The position numbers were made by a program, and so were the translations under genes. From positions 2,575,576 through 2,639,575 of the forward strand of contig MU057887.1 of the NCBI GenBank assembly GCA_013265495.1: a DNA stretch of 64,000 nt, read 5' to 3'. This DNA is from Vicugna vicugna. Lineage: Eukaryota. Position 1 is the stretch's first letter. Each line of letters starts with the position of its first letter. Below, one piece after another: positions 49,151 through 61,455 of the stretch. The notes under the pieces are model-generated. The model made no database searches and was not told the origin of the DNA. It saw nothing but the letters and a program-made list of their open reading frames with translations.

Positions 49151-50149
49151 GCCTGGGCAGCTCGAGGCCGGTCTCCTGACCCTCTGCCACTCCCGCGGGG
49201 ATCAGCGGGCGCAGGGGGACCACCCCCTACCTGCTCGGGGCCGGTGTGGCTCCACGTGGATGAGGCCGGGCCCTGAGGCTGGAGGGGCAGATCCCAAGCA
49301 AACCGCACAGAGACCCTGGGCAAGCCGCCGAGCCCCTCGGAGTCCTGGTGTGCGTCCTCGGGGACCTCCCGTCCCCACCCCCAGAGCACTCGGGGGCTGT
49401 GGGGAGACCAGGCGGGCGGGTGAGCTCTGTGGGCAGAGCCGGCTGAGGGAGGCGGGTGGTGCTGGGCCAGACCCGGGGGCTGCCGCCCGCCCTGCAGGGG
49501 TGGGGCTGGGGGTGTGCGCAGGGGCAGGTGGTGAGGGGAGAAGTGTGGGTGTACTCCTCGTGTGCACCCCCATCCTACGAGGGCCCTTAAAGGTGAGCCA
49601 GGAGCACGGGAGCACGGCCCACAGTGCCCTGCAAGGAGCAGACGTCCTCCCCGCCCCTGGGCCAGCACACCCGGGTCCACTCCCACCTGGACCTGGGCAG
49701 GGGCTGCGGGCACAGGACGTGCCCCCCACCCTGTGAAGCCCCCTGGTAGGGCCAGCGGACACTCAGGCGGGGGGAGTCCCAGGGCCAGGCCCCAGGTGCC
49801 CGTGCTCGTAAAAACAGTGCACCATTCTGCTGCATTTCTGCCCCCCCCTTTTTCTCATTGGCCAATTTTATTCTGAGCTTCTAGGAACCTTATCTCCGGG
49901 GTGACCTTACGGTCACGGCCTGCTCACCATTTGCCCAGACCCGTGGAAAATGCAGCATCTCGTGTCTCTTGTTCAAAAGGCTGGAAGCAAGTGCCGATGA
50001 CAATCCTAAACCACAAAGCTTTTTCTCTAAAATATTTTATCACCTCTAGAGTGTAATAGGGATGGAAGCAACATGTAAGTGACAGGAGAAACCCACAAAT
50101 CACAAAACAGTAACTTTTGGGAGACACAACTTTACGTAAGATAATAAAT

Positions 50150-51135
50150 CATGGCCCTTTGTTAATACAATGTCTTGACTGTGACCCTGACACAGGTTTT
50201 CTGACTGCGAATACATTCCTGAGGCCACCGAAACCTGTACTTTCAGCAACTTCACTTCTCACCGATGCCGTTGACAACGATGCCAATTGTTTTGGCAGAT
50301 GCAAGACTGCAAATTTTTTTGATAATTTTTACCTCTGTGGAAGCTCTTTCTGTTAATGCAGCAGCTGCTGGAGTGTTTACAAATGTTTATAGGCTATGGT
50401 AACACTGGGATAAATCTTTGATAAATTCGTTTGAAATAGAAGTTTTAGTACATTTACAGGTGGTAATTCTTGTAGAACATTTTTTCTAAAAACATTGAAG
50501 GGGGAGGGTACAGCTCAGTGGTAGAGTGCATGCTTAGCATGCGCAAGGTCATGGGTTCGATTCCCAACATCACTGCTAAATAAAAAACTAGTAAATGAAC
50601 CTAATTACCTTCCCCTGCAAACAAAAACAAAAAAATAATAAAAATAAAAAATAAAAAGATTTAACTCTATACAAATCAGTACTGCATAATTCTAAAATTA
50701 CACAAAATTTCAAATATAATCATACGTTATAATTTCAAATATACATGTGTCCAGTGGCAATTTAGCGTTTGCTCTGTATCGCCGGTCGCCTGCGGCGTTG
50801 TACAGGAAACTGAAACTGGCTTCCCGATTTGCATGTAATTTAAACACCCATTTCTGTACTAATGCTGTGTCTCAAATTAGAAGGAACATTTCAATTTTAA
50901 AACTGTGCTCCTTGCTAGTAACTGGATCATCTGAACCTTCCTGGGTAAATAGTATTCGTTTCCATCAAATCAACGATTTTAAAATTTAAGGTCTATTTCT
51001 AAGCCTGTGGATATTTGCTTTGCGCTGTTGCGGCGGTTGTCAAAATCGGAGAGTCTGAGCTCTTTGAAGATCGGAGCACCTTCTGGATACGCTTTATTAC
51101 AGTGGGCGCTGAATGTCACTTTGCAACGACTGCCT
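50150..51135 (-). mobile_element. hAT DNA transposon fossil (Zaphod-like), 3' part of transposase with stops and frameshifts, split by a SINE
   Basis: Manual minus-strand translation gives FKELRLSDFDNRRNSAKQISTGLEIDLKF, then VLKLLFQTNLSKIYPSVTIAYK and TPAAAALTERAS..VKIIK, resembling the hAT C-terminal dimerisation motif. Confidence 0.8.
50500..50651 (+). mobile_element. Full-length vic-1-like tRNA-Ala-derived SINE
   Basis: A box (cagctcagtggtaga), B box (ggttcgattcc), AGC anticodon remnant, aacctaattacc motif and A tail. Degenerate target-site duplication taaaaacattgaa (50487-50499) / taaaaagatttaa (50652-50664). Confidence 0.92.
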
Positions 51136-52454
51136 GCCAGGCTGGCGCTGCGCCCGGCGTCCCCCTCCTGCCGGGGGGGCTCACACCTCGCAGGCAGGCT
51201 CCTGGGAGGGGAAAGGCCGTCTTTCTTTGCGGTCCTGCCTCCACGCAGCCGCCTTCGTCTTCTCCACGGCGGCGGTCAGCCCACCGCTGCCGGTCCAGCT
51301 GCCTTGGGAACCCAGGGAAGCCAGGCTGCCCCAGGGCACGTGTACGTGTGCACGTCGCACGCCAAGCCCGTTGCCCGGCACCCACGTGTGCCCGCAGGGC
51401 CTGCAGACCTGAGCCGCCCCTGTGCGCCCTGCTCTCCCTGCTGCTCACGCCCTGCTCCGCTGTCCTGATAAACTTCACTCACAAATTTACAGGTTCTGAG
51501 ATAAAGCTATTGGGCATTCCCCATTCGCCCGGCTGGGGTCTGGGAACACCCATAGGAAGGTGTGTGACCCCCACCCCCTTAGAGCACAGGGTCCAGCAGG
51601 AGAGCCAAGAGGGGCATGGGCACTGAGGGCCCAGGTCCTGCAGAGGGATCGAACTCCGGGGGCTGTTGGGTGCTGGCTGCCCGTCAGCTGAAGCCCCGGG
51701 TCAGTGATGCCCCCGCTTCCCATCAGTGGAACACCTTCTCTATCTGAAAAGACGGAAACCCTCTGAGGGGCTGCAGAAGAGCCAGTTTACTGTTTGTTCT
51801 CAAAGACCAGCAAAACGATCGTTCTCTTCGTTGAAAAAAAAGGATTTCTTTTATAAAATATGCGAACGTCATTCTGAGGGTAAACGCCACTTTCGGCTTA
51901 TTCCACACCTGGGTCCACACTATTACCCTCGTGGAGAAGGCGCAGAGCGTGGTGGACGCTGGGGCGTTGAGACCAGCACCAGGGGACAACTTACATTTGA
52001 GCATCAGATTCCAGGGACCAGTTGGAGACACCGGTCCCCACTCCTTCGCTTACAGAGCATTTGACCTGAGCAAGTGGCCTCGCACGACTGGACACCGTCT
52101 CCTCACTGAGGCAAGAGCTGCTTCCTCGAACCCCAGGGATGGACTGTGGCCACGTTCCGGAAACAACCATGACAGCAGCCACTAGCAGCTGAGTCTGTGG
52201 CGGGTGGCGGGCAGCAGCGAGGTTGACTTTCTGTAATAAGGCTGTAGGCTGGGCACCAGTGTCCCCTTTACACAGACAGGGTCACTGCCGCAAATCAGCC
52301 AAGCAACTGGCTCCAACTCCTGTGGCTGAACCGGGACCCCCCCTGGAGGCTGAGTGCGGCCCCAGGGTCTGAGCTTTCTCCCACCGCATCAGACTTGAAC
52401 ACAGGGAGCAGCGTGGGTGGTGAGTGACGGGCCCCCCAACAGGGCTGGGTCCTG

Positions 52455-52800
52455 GGGTTCAGCCGCTAGGGCTGCCATGCAAGACAACAAGGCTAGACGG
52501 CGCAGCAACAAACGGAGTCCCTCCTGGGGAAGGGAGGCTGGGGGTCAGGGCTCACGGTGTCAGCAAGGTGCTTGGGGCCTCACGCCCTGGCCACCATCTC
52601 GCCCTGTCCTGCATGGTTGTCTCCCTGCGTCCACACCCCTGGTGCCTCTCCCGCTCACAAGGGCACGGCTCACCTTGGATTAATGTCTCACACCACTGGC
52701 CTCATTTTAAAGTCTTATCTCCAAATATGATTTGATTCTGAGGCACCGAGGTTTGGAATTTGGACACATGAGTTTTGGGGGCATATGCCAGCCCATGGCA
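52455..52800 (-). mobile_element. MaLR (MLT1-type) solo LTR
   Basis: ctagggctgcc...cctcattttaa...ttatctccaaata...ttctgaggcaccgagg...acatgagttttggggg...cagcccatggca. Confidence 0.8.
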
Positions 52801-52804
52801 TTCA

Positions 52805-53208
52805 CTGTCTGCGGAGCACGGAGAGGTGGTCCCCCAGAGACACATCTGTGACCTGACCTCCAGAGCCTGCGAATGTGACCTTGTCTGGAAAAAGGGCCGG
52901 TCCCTGCAGCTCTGCTTGGGTTAGCAACCATGAGAGGGTCCTGGATCGGGGGCCTGGCAGAGGACAAGCGTGCCGATGAGACACACAGAGGGAGTGGCCA
53001 TGTGAAGACAGAGCCAGGGAGCAGGGTGACGCTGCCAGGAGCCCAGGAGCGCCCAGAGAGACAAAGAAGGACCGTTTGCTTGAGGGCACACCGCCCTGCA
53101 GACACCCTGACGTGAGGCCGCTGGCCTCCAGGGCTGAGGCTGCGTGTCTGTTGCTTTAAGCCCCTGGTCTGTGGGCTCTTGATGCAGCAGCCTCAGGTCA
53201 ACGCACCA
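52805..53208 (+). mobile_element. MaLR (MLT1B/C/D-like) solo LTR
   Basis: cctgcgaatgtgaccttgtctggaaaaaggg...ggccatgtgaagacagag...tggcctccag...tctgttgctttaagcc...gcagcagcc. Confidence 0.82.
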
Positions 53209-54379
53209 GCCTCCCCGACTCACATGTCGGCTCAGGAAGGAAGCGAGGCCCCCAGCAGGGTGCACGGCAGCCTGAGTCCAGCGCGCTGGTGTTGACGGGG
53301 TGCCCATTTGAAGGGGGGCACGGCCTCTGCCCAGGGCCCGAAGCTGGCTGGCTGTGGCCCCCCTCGACAGCCCAGCCAGCGCGCCCCCGACGCTCCCGGA
53401 CGGAGTGAGCGCCCTCTCCCTTCCTGCGCGCGGCCTCGCCTGCGGCTCCCCGGGGTCTTGGCTGCGTCTTCCTCGGCGCCGCTCATCTCGTTTCTCCCTA
53501 GAGATGAAGCAGCTGGGTTTCCCGAGCAGGACTTCGCGTTCAGCCGCCTCCGTGTAATTTCGCGGAACCCTTTCGTCCTGCTCCTGTGGGGTGACCGCGG
53601 TCAGGCTTGCTAGGACGGAGCACTTTGAGAAGAGAGATCTGATCTGACATCGGCACTGCGTCTGCCAGGGACTGGGGAGCAGACCTCCCCTTGGGCAGAA
53701 GCAGGCGAGGGCGGCCCGTCCTTGTCGGAACGAGTGCCCTGTCCCCAGGCGGAGTTCTAAAGAGACACTGAGTCCAGCTCCTCCGAGGTCCGAGGGGCTC
53801 AGCTGGGGGGCCCGGGGCCCGACTGTCCGGGCGCCGACAGTGCCTGTGTGTTCGGCTCCCTGTGAAGCGAAGCCAGTAAATGCTGTGGAAACAGCCTCTG
53901 TTTGAGAATCTTAGCTGTGAATCCCTAAGCAGAGCAGATAATGGCCTCTGTAATACCACTGCTTGAAGGGCCCGGTTTCCTATTTGGCTTTGATTTAAAT
54001 GAAGATGACAACTCTCAGCAGGGGCAGCGCGGGCCGTGCGTGGTGAGGAACCCGGCCGCCTGCGGTCTCCCCTCAGCGCCGGGGGCCCTGCGTCCCACCC
54101 CCGTCCCCTTCCTTCTCACCCTCAATGAGCAAAAGATTCTCTTTTTCTTGCTCATCTCAAGGAAGTCAAGGCCAAGTGTTTACTGGGTCAAAAGTTAGTC
54201 TTGGTAACAGCCGTCTACACAGAGGCCCATGTCTTGCCCTCCCAACCTCCGCTCCCCCATCTGGGAACTCCTTCATCCCTGCGGGCAGCCCTCCCCACAC
54301 ACAGCCTCCCTCCCTTCCAGCTCCAGCCCTCGGGGCCCGCGTGCAGCCGTGGCTCCCACACCGGCCTCACCCAGACACA

Positions 54380-54705
54380 CCCGGACCCGTGGCTCTTCTA
54401 CCTGCTGCGGCCGCCCTTCTCCTTTTCTGGCTCAGAAACCATGAGACCTCTGCCTGGTCCTTGGAATTCAGTCACTGTAATATAGGACCCTCAACAGCTG
54501 TGCCCCCTCCCCTCCCGCACAGCTGGCCAGTTCCCGGCTGTAGGGGAGCCTGCCCAGCTCACTCCTGCAATGCCTCAAACCCGCTGCTCTCTCCTGAGCA
54601 CATCACCCCTTCTGGAATGTCCTACCGCCCCTTCTCCCTCGGCTGGCTCCTCAGCCTCATGTCTTGGCTTAAATACTGAACTCTCAAAAAAGCCTCTGTG
54701 ATCAC
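54380..54705 (+). mobile_element. L2 LINE relic
   Basis: Pyrimidine-rich sequence with ctggaatgtcc...ctggctcctc...tcttggcttaaata...aagcctctgtgatcac, typical of the L2 3' region. Confidence 0.4.
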
Positions 54706-55480
54706 ACACATGCGCTCAAACATGCATACACACACACACACAAACATGTCCACGCATGTGATGGAACCAGCCCTCCACATCACTCCTTCCAGCATCATTG
54801 CCAGTTACAGTGCATCCATACTTTTCGGGGCCACCTGATCTCTCGCCCCCAAAGCATCAGGCCCCATGGGGAGGGCCCAGCCCTGAAGCCAACTCACCCC
54901 CTCAAGGTTCTCAGCCCAGGTTCTGGAGGAACCAGGGGCTCCCCCGCGACACAGCCACATTGGACATACATCCTCCAGCCCCCTGGAGCCGTCAGATGAC
55001 AGCAGCCCCTGCTGCTGCCTAAGGGACTCCAGGTGAGGGCCGCCCAGCCACAGCCTTCAGGGTTCCTGGCTCACAGAGGCCACGAGAGAAGCCGACCACC
55101 GCTGTGGTTTTGAGCTGCGTGTGGAGAGGTTTGCTGCTCAGCACTGACCAGAAGGGCAGCCTAGCCCCTCCTTCCAACCCCCCAGGTGGGTCCCCTGGAG
55201 GGACAGCAACGGACCACCAGCAGGGGGATGAGCACCACCCGCGGCATCCTCAGCTCTTCAGTTCCTCTTCCCCTTTTGGAACGTTCCGCCAGCCGCTCTT
55301 CAGCCAGCGGGGACCACCGGGCCGTTCCTAGCACCATCTCCGCAAGCCCGCTCCCCAGGGCCAGCCCGCCGGGGCTGCTTGCGCTCAGTGGGGACTTTCT
55401 CCCAGAAGTCCCAGAGCGCTGCAGACGATTATCAAGCTAAACCCAAAACCCAAGGCTGCCAAAAACTGAAAATGCACTCT

Positions 55481-56005
55481 GTGGCGGTCAGCTTCTGAGA
55501 TGCCTTCCGTTGTGCCCCACCTCCTGGTGCTCGCGGAGCCCCTCCCAGGACTGTGCGCTGGGATGGCGACATCCTTCTAACCCAGAGGACATGGCACAAG
55601 GGACCGGACGCCACTGCTGGGATTTGGCTGTGGAGAGACTGTCTTCCATCCCGGGACCTTCTGTCTCCTCACTCCCGCGCCCTGAGCTGCCCTGAGCAGA
55701 GACCCACGTGGCAGGAGCTGAGGGAGGCCTTCCTTAGGAAAGCAGGAAGATCAGACGCCACCATCCCACAGCCCCAGGGAACTGAAGTCTGCCTTCAACT
55801 GCGTGAGGGAGCAGGGGAGCAGGTCCCGACCCAGTCCAGCCTTCGGATGAAACCACAGTCACCGCCAACGGCATGAGCAACTTCACCAGGAATCTTGAGC
55901 CTGGAGACCCAGCCCAGCCACCAGAACCGGTGCAGTAATGAAGCGTGTCGTCAAGCTGCTAAACCATGAGGTCATCCATCACCCAGCAGCAGACAGCTAA
56001 GTTAC
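55481..56005 (+). mobile_element. MaLR (MLT1E/F-like) solo LTR
   Basis: ccccacctcctggtgct...ccacgtggcaggagctgagggaggcc...ggaactgaagtctgcc...agccttcggatga...aagctgctaaa...cagcagcagacagctaa. Confidence 0.8.
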
Positions 56006-56869
56006 CCCCCCGTGGCGTCCTGAACGTTATTCTACCCAACTCGATGTTCTGCAATGAAATTGAAGATATTTCAAGAGGAAAATGTGAAACAGAGGCATAG
56101 AAACTCCGTAGCAAAATGCCAGATGTCTAGTGAGGCAGGTCATGTGAATATAAACCTTCTCACAATTACGAACATCCTAGGGGAGGAACTCAGTTCTAAA
56201 AGTTAAATCTCCTTGCGAGCGAAAGTCCAAGAACATTGAAGACCAAGGGGATCGGAGTCCCCTCACCCCTGTCAGTAAACACTCGTGGAATCGTCATCAC
56301 GTCCACGGTCTTGTCCTGCTGAATTCTCACGCAGGCTGCTTCTCAGTGCCAGGTGCGGCCGGGGCTCCTCGGCCGCCAGCTGCAGCCCGGGGCTGATGTC
56401 TGCCACTCAGGGCTGCTGTGAGCGCCATGAAGTGTCCCAGGAGCCTAGCGTTTGTAGGATTCCCAGTTGTGACGGGGACAGACGCAATGATACAGTACTG
56501 GCCTCGACCCCAGACTTAGAAGTCACGCCAAACGTTGGCCCCTAGGGCACGTTCCCAGGAAAATGGTCTTTCCAGAACCCAGAGATCACTGCTGCCGGGT
56601 GTGATGGGTCTGAGAGAAGGCTGTTGGGGAAGCTCGTCTTAGCTTTGCTTTCAGGGGCTGCCAACCAGTCTGCCAATGGTCCAGCGTCCATGGCCTGAGA
56701 TCCCAAACCCGCTTGGAAGAACTCCACGCAGAGGGCAAGCCCTCCCCACGCTGGAGGACACCGACCCACCCAGAGTTGCCAGGTGCCACGTCTCCCCACA
56801 CCCTGCCTGGCGTGGAGCCTGCTCGCTGGGTAGCAGTGAACTCCCACAGTCCTGCTTTTTGCCTCCTGT

Positions 56870-57640
56870 CTCACTGGCTGTCCCTCTGCCCCTTGCTCTA
56901 GAGTTCCTCAGGTCTGAGGGGACTTGCCCCCTGCAGGCCGTGCTGTGGGGGTGGCGGCGGGGGCGGATCACCGTCGTTTCCATCCGTGTCTCCCTGCTGA
57001 TGAGTGATGCCGGGCGCCTTTTCCTGTGCGTAGCAGCCATTGTCTGTCTTCTTTGCAGAAACGTTCTTTCAAGCCCTTTGCCCATTTTTGAGCTGGGTTG
57101 TTTGCTTCCGTTGCAGCATTTTAGAAGTTCTGTTCACACTCTGTGTATTAATCCCTTACCAGATATATGATTAATCCCTTACCAGATACATGATTTGCAT
57201 ATATTTTCTCCCATTCTGTGGGTCATCTTTTACTCTGTTCATAGTGTCTTTGATGCCCAGAAATGTTTAATTTTGATAAAATCCAGTTTGTTTTTTCTTT
57301 TGTTGTTTGTTCTTTTGGTGTCACATCCAAGCAATCACTGCCAGATCCAATGCCATGAAGCCTTTGCCCTGAATTTTCTTCTAAGACTTTTAAAGTTTTA
57401 GCCCTTAGATCTTTGATCAACGTCGAGCTAATTTTTGTACAGTGTTGAGTAACGATCTAACTTTATTCTCTTGCATGTAGCTATCCAGTTTTCCCACCAC
57501 TGTGCACTGAAAAGGCTGTCCTTTCCCAGTTGAATGCTCTTGGCACCCTTGTCAGAACCATCTGACCGCATTTGTGGGTGTTCGCTCTGGCTTCTCCATT
57601 CTAGTCCATTGGTCTGTTTATCTGTGTGTCAGTAACACTC
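56870..57640 (-). mobile_element. LINE-1 ORF2 fragment containing a 23-bp tandem duplication (57147-57192)
   Basis: Minus-strand ORF MIKDLRAKTLKVLEEN...LHGIGSGSDCLDVTPK; motifs tttgcccattttt and attttctcccattctgtggg. Confidence 0.88.
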
Positions 57641-58639
57641 TAAAACACATGTTTTTTGGAGCTTAAAGCCGTTCTCATGGAGGAGTCATTCTTCCTCAGT
57701 AAGCCATTTACTTATTCTGTGACTGTTTTTCTTCTATGCCACAAAGACATGACAATTAGCCCGTACATGAAGGCGCTTCCCTGACATTCTAGCGGGAGGG
57801 TCAGACTCCAGCCTTAGGAGCCGTGTGGTCTGTACCCCACAGGGAAAGCCCAGGGTCTGGAGGCCGGAGCAGGAGCGGCAGGGGACAGCTGGGAGAAGGG
57901 CCCGGGTCTCGCTAGGTGGACGGCAGGCCTGGCCGAGGCGGCCGCATTTGGGTGGAGGCTGGAGTAATGCCAGGGCCACTCTGGGGAGGGTCTGGGCGAC
58001 CCCCAAGCAGGTGTCCGTGGTCCAGTCCTCTCATGTGCCTGTCCCCCCAGGGCTCGCTCATGCCCTAGCATTCTGACCACTGGCCCAGGGAGGCGAGCAT
58101 CTTAAAGGACCCCGGGTGAATTCCAGGAGCACTTGGAGGAGAAGCTGAGGCTGCCTGACTGACTCCCCTGACTTGCCTCCGCCTCCCCTCCTCACCTGAA
58201 CCCTCTGCCTTAGGATGACTTTTCACTCCATCACACGCTCCCTGCTCCTGCCCCTCCCTGTTTCCCCTTTTAGCCTCCTTCCCCGCCTCCAGCTGTCCTG
58301 GTGACACCCCAGGCCTCCCAGGGGATGACAGATGATGTGTGTGATGGATGAGGCGTCTCGCACGCATGCACCACAATCTAGCTTTGCAGATACCATCCTG
58401 ACTCCAGCCGCCCTGGCTGAGAGCCTCCTCACCTCCATCACCTCCTGCTGCTTCATGGCTCTGAAGCATCCAGGGGTCTTCCCCTTCTGTGCCAGTTTAG
58501 TGCGTGCGCATTGGAGCGACCCTGCCAGTCCATGCCAGGCTCCAGGTGAGGAAGCACAGAGCTGCGGTGGGAGGCGGGGCTGCCTGGAGATGCGGCTGTG
58601 GTGGGGGCAGGTCCTACAGGGCAAGGATGAACACTCAGG

Positions 58640-59050
58640 ACCTGAGCTTCATCCCAGGCACTGAGGAGTCACCCAGGAGCTGGAGCAAGAGCATGACTCA
58701 TCAGACCCATGGGAGCCGGTGTTAGAGCCATAGCCGGGCAGAGGCCACTGCAGGGGTCCGTGGGGTGTAACCCTATCCACACCACGGTGGGGAGGACCAA
58801 ACAGGCTCCGGAGCTCTGCAGTGGCGGGGCAGGTGACCTAGGCAGTGTGGGCGGAGGGGCTGGGAGAAGGGAGGTCAGAGCTGACCCCAGAGCTCTGCCT
58901 TGGGCACCCAGGGTGATGGACACTGAGAAGGTGGTCAGCAAACGTCAAGACCAGTTGGGGATGAAGGTAACGTGTTCAGCAGGGACTTGAGTCCGAGGTG
59001 CTCACAGACGTGCAGGTGCGGACGTGCACCAGGCAGCTGGAGGTGTTTGT
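58640..59050 (-). mobile_element. L2 LINE relic
   Basis: gagcttcatcccaggcactgaggagtcac...gtgttcagcagggacttgagtccgaggtgc...caggcagctgga resembles the reverse L2 body. Confidence 0.5.
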
Positions 59051-61344
59051 AGGTGGGGCTGGCTGGGCCCATCTTCAGGTCCTGGGACCTCCCGTGTCCC
59101 TTCCCACAGGAGATCAGCTGGTGGTGGCACTCGCCCCACTCCACTCTGCCCACTCTGATCCCCACACACCCCTCCCATCCACCTCCAACCGGGGCCCCCA
59201 CCCCAGGCACGGTTCCCACCCAGGCTCCTGGGAGCAGCCCCAGCACAGAGCATGCGCTCAGAGTCTGGAGGGAGAAGTGAGCCCAGGGTAGTGAGAGCGA
59301 GGGACAGGCTCTGGAGGCAGGGAGAGAGGAGGACGGATACCGGTGACTCAGACGGAGAGGCCAGGCCTCCCAGGGAAGCAGAGCCCGGTGCCGGCTGCCT
59401 GGACATGGCGGAGGGGGTGGGGGGTGGGTGGAGAGGGAGGGTCCGAATGTTCTGGAACAGGAGCTCCATGATGGGTGCATAGCAGGCACTCCCCATAGTC
59501 TTGCAAATGAGGGTGCCACCCCCAGGGCTGGCTGCCCTCCCGCCAGTGAGTTCAGTGAGTTCAGGAGGACTTCCCACGGCCACGCAGCTGTGAAGGGGAC
59601 CCGGGATGCTAATCTCACGGCCATACTGTTTCCCTCTGCTGCTGCTGGCCGGCCAGCACATCTCCACACGACTCCTTATTTAGTCACTAAGCAGCGTCCT
59701 AAAGGGGCCTCAGGAGCCACCCAGTTCCTAAAATGTTCCCTGCACGTCCTTTCCAGTTCAGATCAAAGGCTGCAACCCTGCTGCTCAGTTCAGTTCAGGG
59801 TTCGTGGCTCTGACGGGGTCTCAAACAGAGGAGAGTGGCAGGGCTGGTCTGGGGCTGCAGGTGGCCAGGAGCCAGCATGGGTCCCAGGGAGTCGTGGACC
59901 AGGTGGCCAAGCCAGGTGAGTCAGAACCACAGACCAGGAGACAGGCCCCTGGGAGCTGAGCTAGGGGGCTGGATGGGAACGGGGCCGGATACCAAGATGC
60001 AGAAGCGCCAACACCTGACCTTTTACCCGCGATGCCCTCAACACCCCCCACCCCCACAAACCTCCTCTCTTCCAGAAGTGATTGGCCAAGTTGTTTCCAT
60101 GTTTCTTTGCAGCTGCTCACCCTCCTGGCTCCTCCCAGGGCAGTGATGCCCCGCACTCCCTCCGTCTAATCTCAGCCAGGGGAACCACCGAGAGCCCCAC
60201 AGAGATGGTCTGAGAGCACAGAACGGCAGGGCCAGCTTCCCCTACAACTTGACCAGTGCTGGAAACCCTCAATGCCCGGGCTTGGATGAGGACCTGGAAG
60301 ATGTTGTAACCCACTCTTGCCAAGTCAGGAAACCCTAACAGCTCAGACTCGAGGGAGCCGCAGCAGAAGCAGAGCCTGGGTTGTCCTGCTTTGAGGACCC
60401 GAGACCCAGGGCACCCCAGCTTCAGTATCCTGTCGGAAACATGGGGCGAGCGGAAGCAGCCCGCACCGTCGGCTGGCTGGTGTGAGGATGGTGGGGAGGC
60501 ACCTGTGGGGCCCTGGACACCATCTTGGTGGCCGCCGTAGGTGCCAGCCTCCACCCCTGTCGGCATCATGGCCACAGCACCGTCCTTGTCACCCGTTCTC
60601 TCTTTCCTCCCTGGTTCCTTCCACTTGATGGTTTACCTTCACATTGAACCAAGGTCACCCACAGGCTGTGCGGGGAACCGAACCTGGGGTGTTCTCCGCC
60701 CTCCTGAAACACATGAGCCACGTGTTGAACTAAGATCGTGGTCAGCACCTCGGCCAGCTCCCCCGGCCGTGTGGTCCTCTGAGCCTGTCTTTAGAACCAC
60801 CGCCAGACACAGCTGGCCCTCCGCGCACCTGCGCCGCGGGACAGCCTTGTCCCCACCACTCTGCCTGTGCCAGGTGGAGTCCGCCCTCACCTGCTCCCTC
60901 CAGTGCGTTCCTGCGTGGGCCGTTTCTGCCCCTTGGCCACAAGTGCCCCACGAGGGCCTCAGCTGCATGCTGCGAGCACAGTGCCTCCTCCAGCGCTGGC
61001 GGACCCGGTGCTTCCAAAACAAGATGGGAAAAGGCAGGTCAGGCACGGCAGACCCCGGAGGTGCTGCCGGGTCCCCTGCAAGAGTGGGCGTGCCGCCAGC
61101 TTCCTGGAGTGCCCCCTGCACCCCACCTGCATCAGCCCCCTCGGTGCTGAGCGGGGCAGCAAGGGGGCCCGCATCCTGCCACCTCTCCTTCCCTCGACCC
61201 AGCGCCCCTCCTCCCCTTCACCCACGTGGTCCCCAAGGGCGGAGCACAAACATCCACATGCCAAACCGCATCTCTGCCTGCTGTCAGGGGACTCGAATCT
61301 GCAAAGGTGAGGGAAGGAAGGGACGAGCAACGTCAGGAGGGCAA

Positions 61345-61455
61345 GAGTTATCACGCTTATTTTAAATGAGGAAAATCAGACGCAGAGAAATAGCTACCTT
61401 GGTCAAGGATCACCGTAATGATTCGAGGAAGCCACTAGGAGCTGTCTTCCTAACT
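61345..61455 (-). mobile_element. MIR relic
   Basis: ttattttaaatgaggaaaatcagacgcagagaaatag...ttggtcaaggatcac. Confidence 0.65.

Noticed and set aside
43280..49713. Long ORFs of 336, 346 and 309 aa
   Set aside because: Same GC artefact. They mostly use non-ATG starts, match no protein family I recognise, and partly overlap repeat relics.
49928..50005. Possible 78-nt minus-strand exon (tttag|...ATG|gtgagc)
   Set aside because: Weak pyrimidine tract. The neighbouring apparent exon turned out to be hAT transposon sequence.
50500..50575. tRNA-Ala(AGC)-like sequence
   Set aside because: The acceptor stem is broken, and it is followed by a SINE body, an A tail and a target-site duplication. It is a SINE head, not a tRNA gene.
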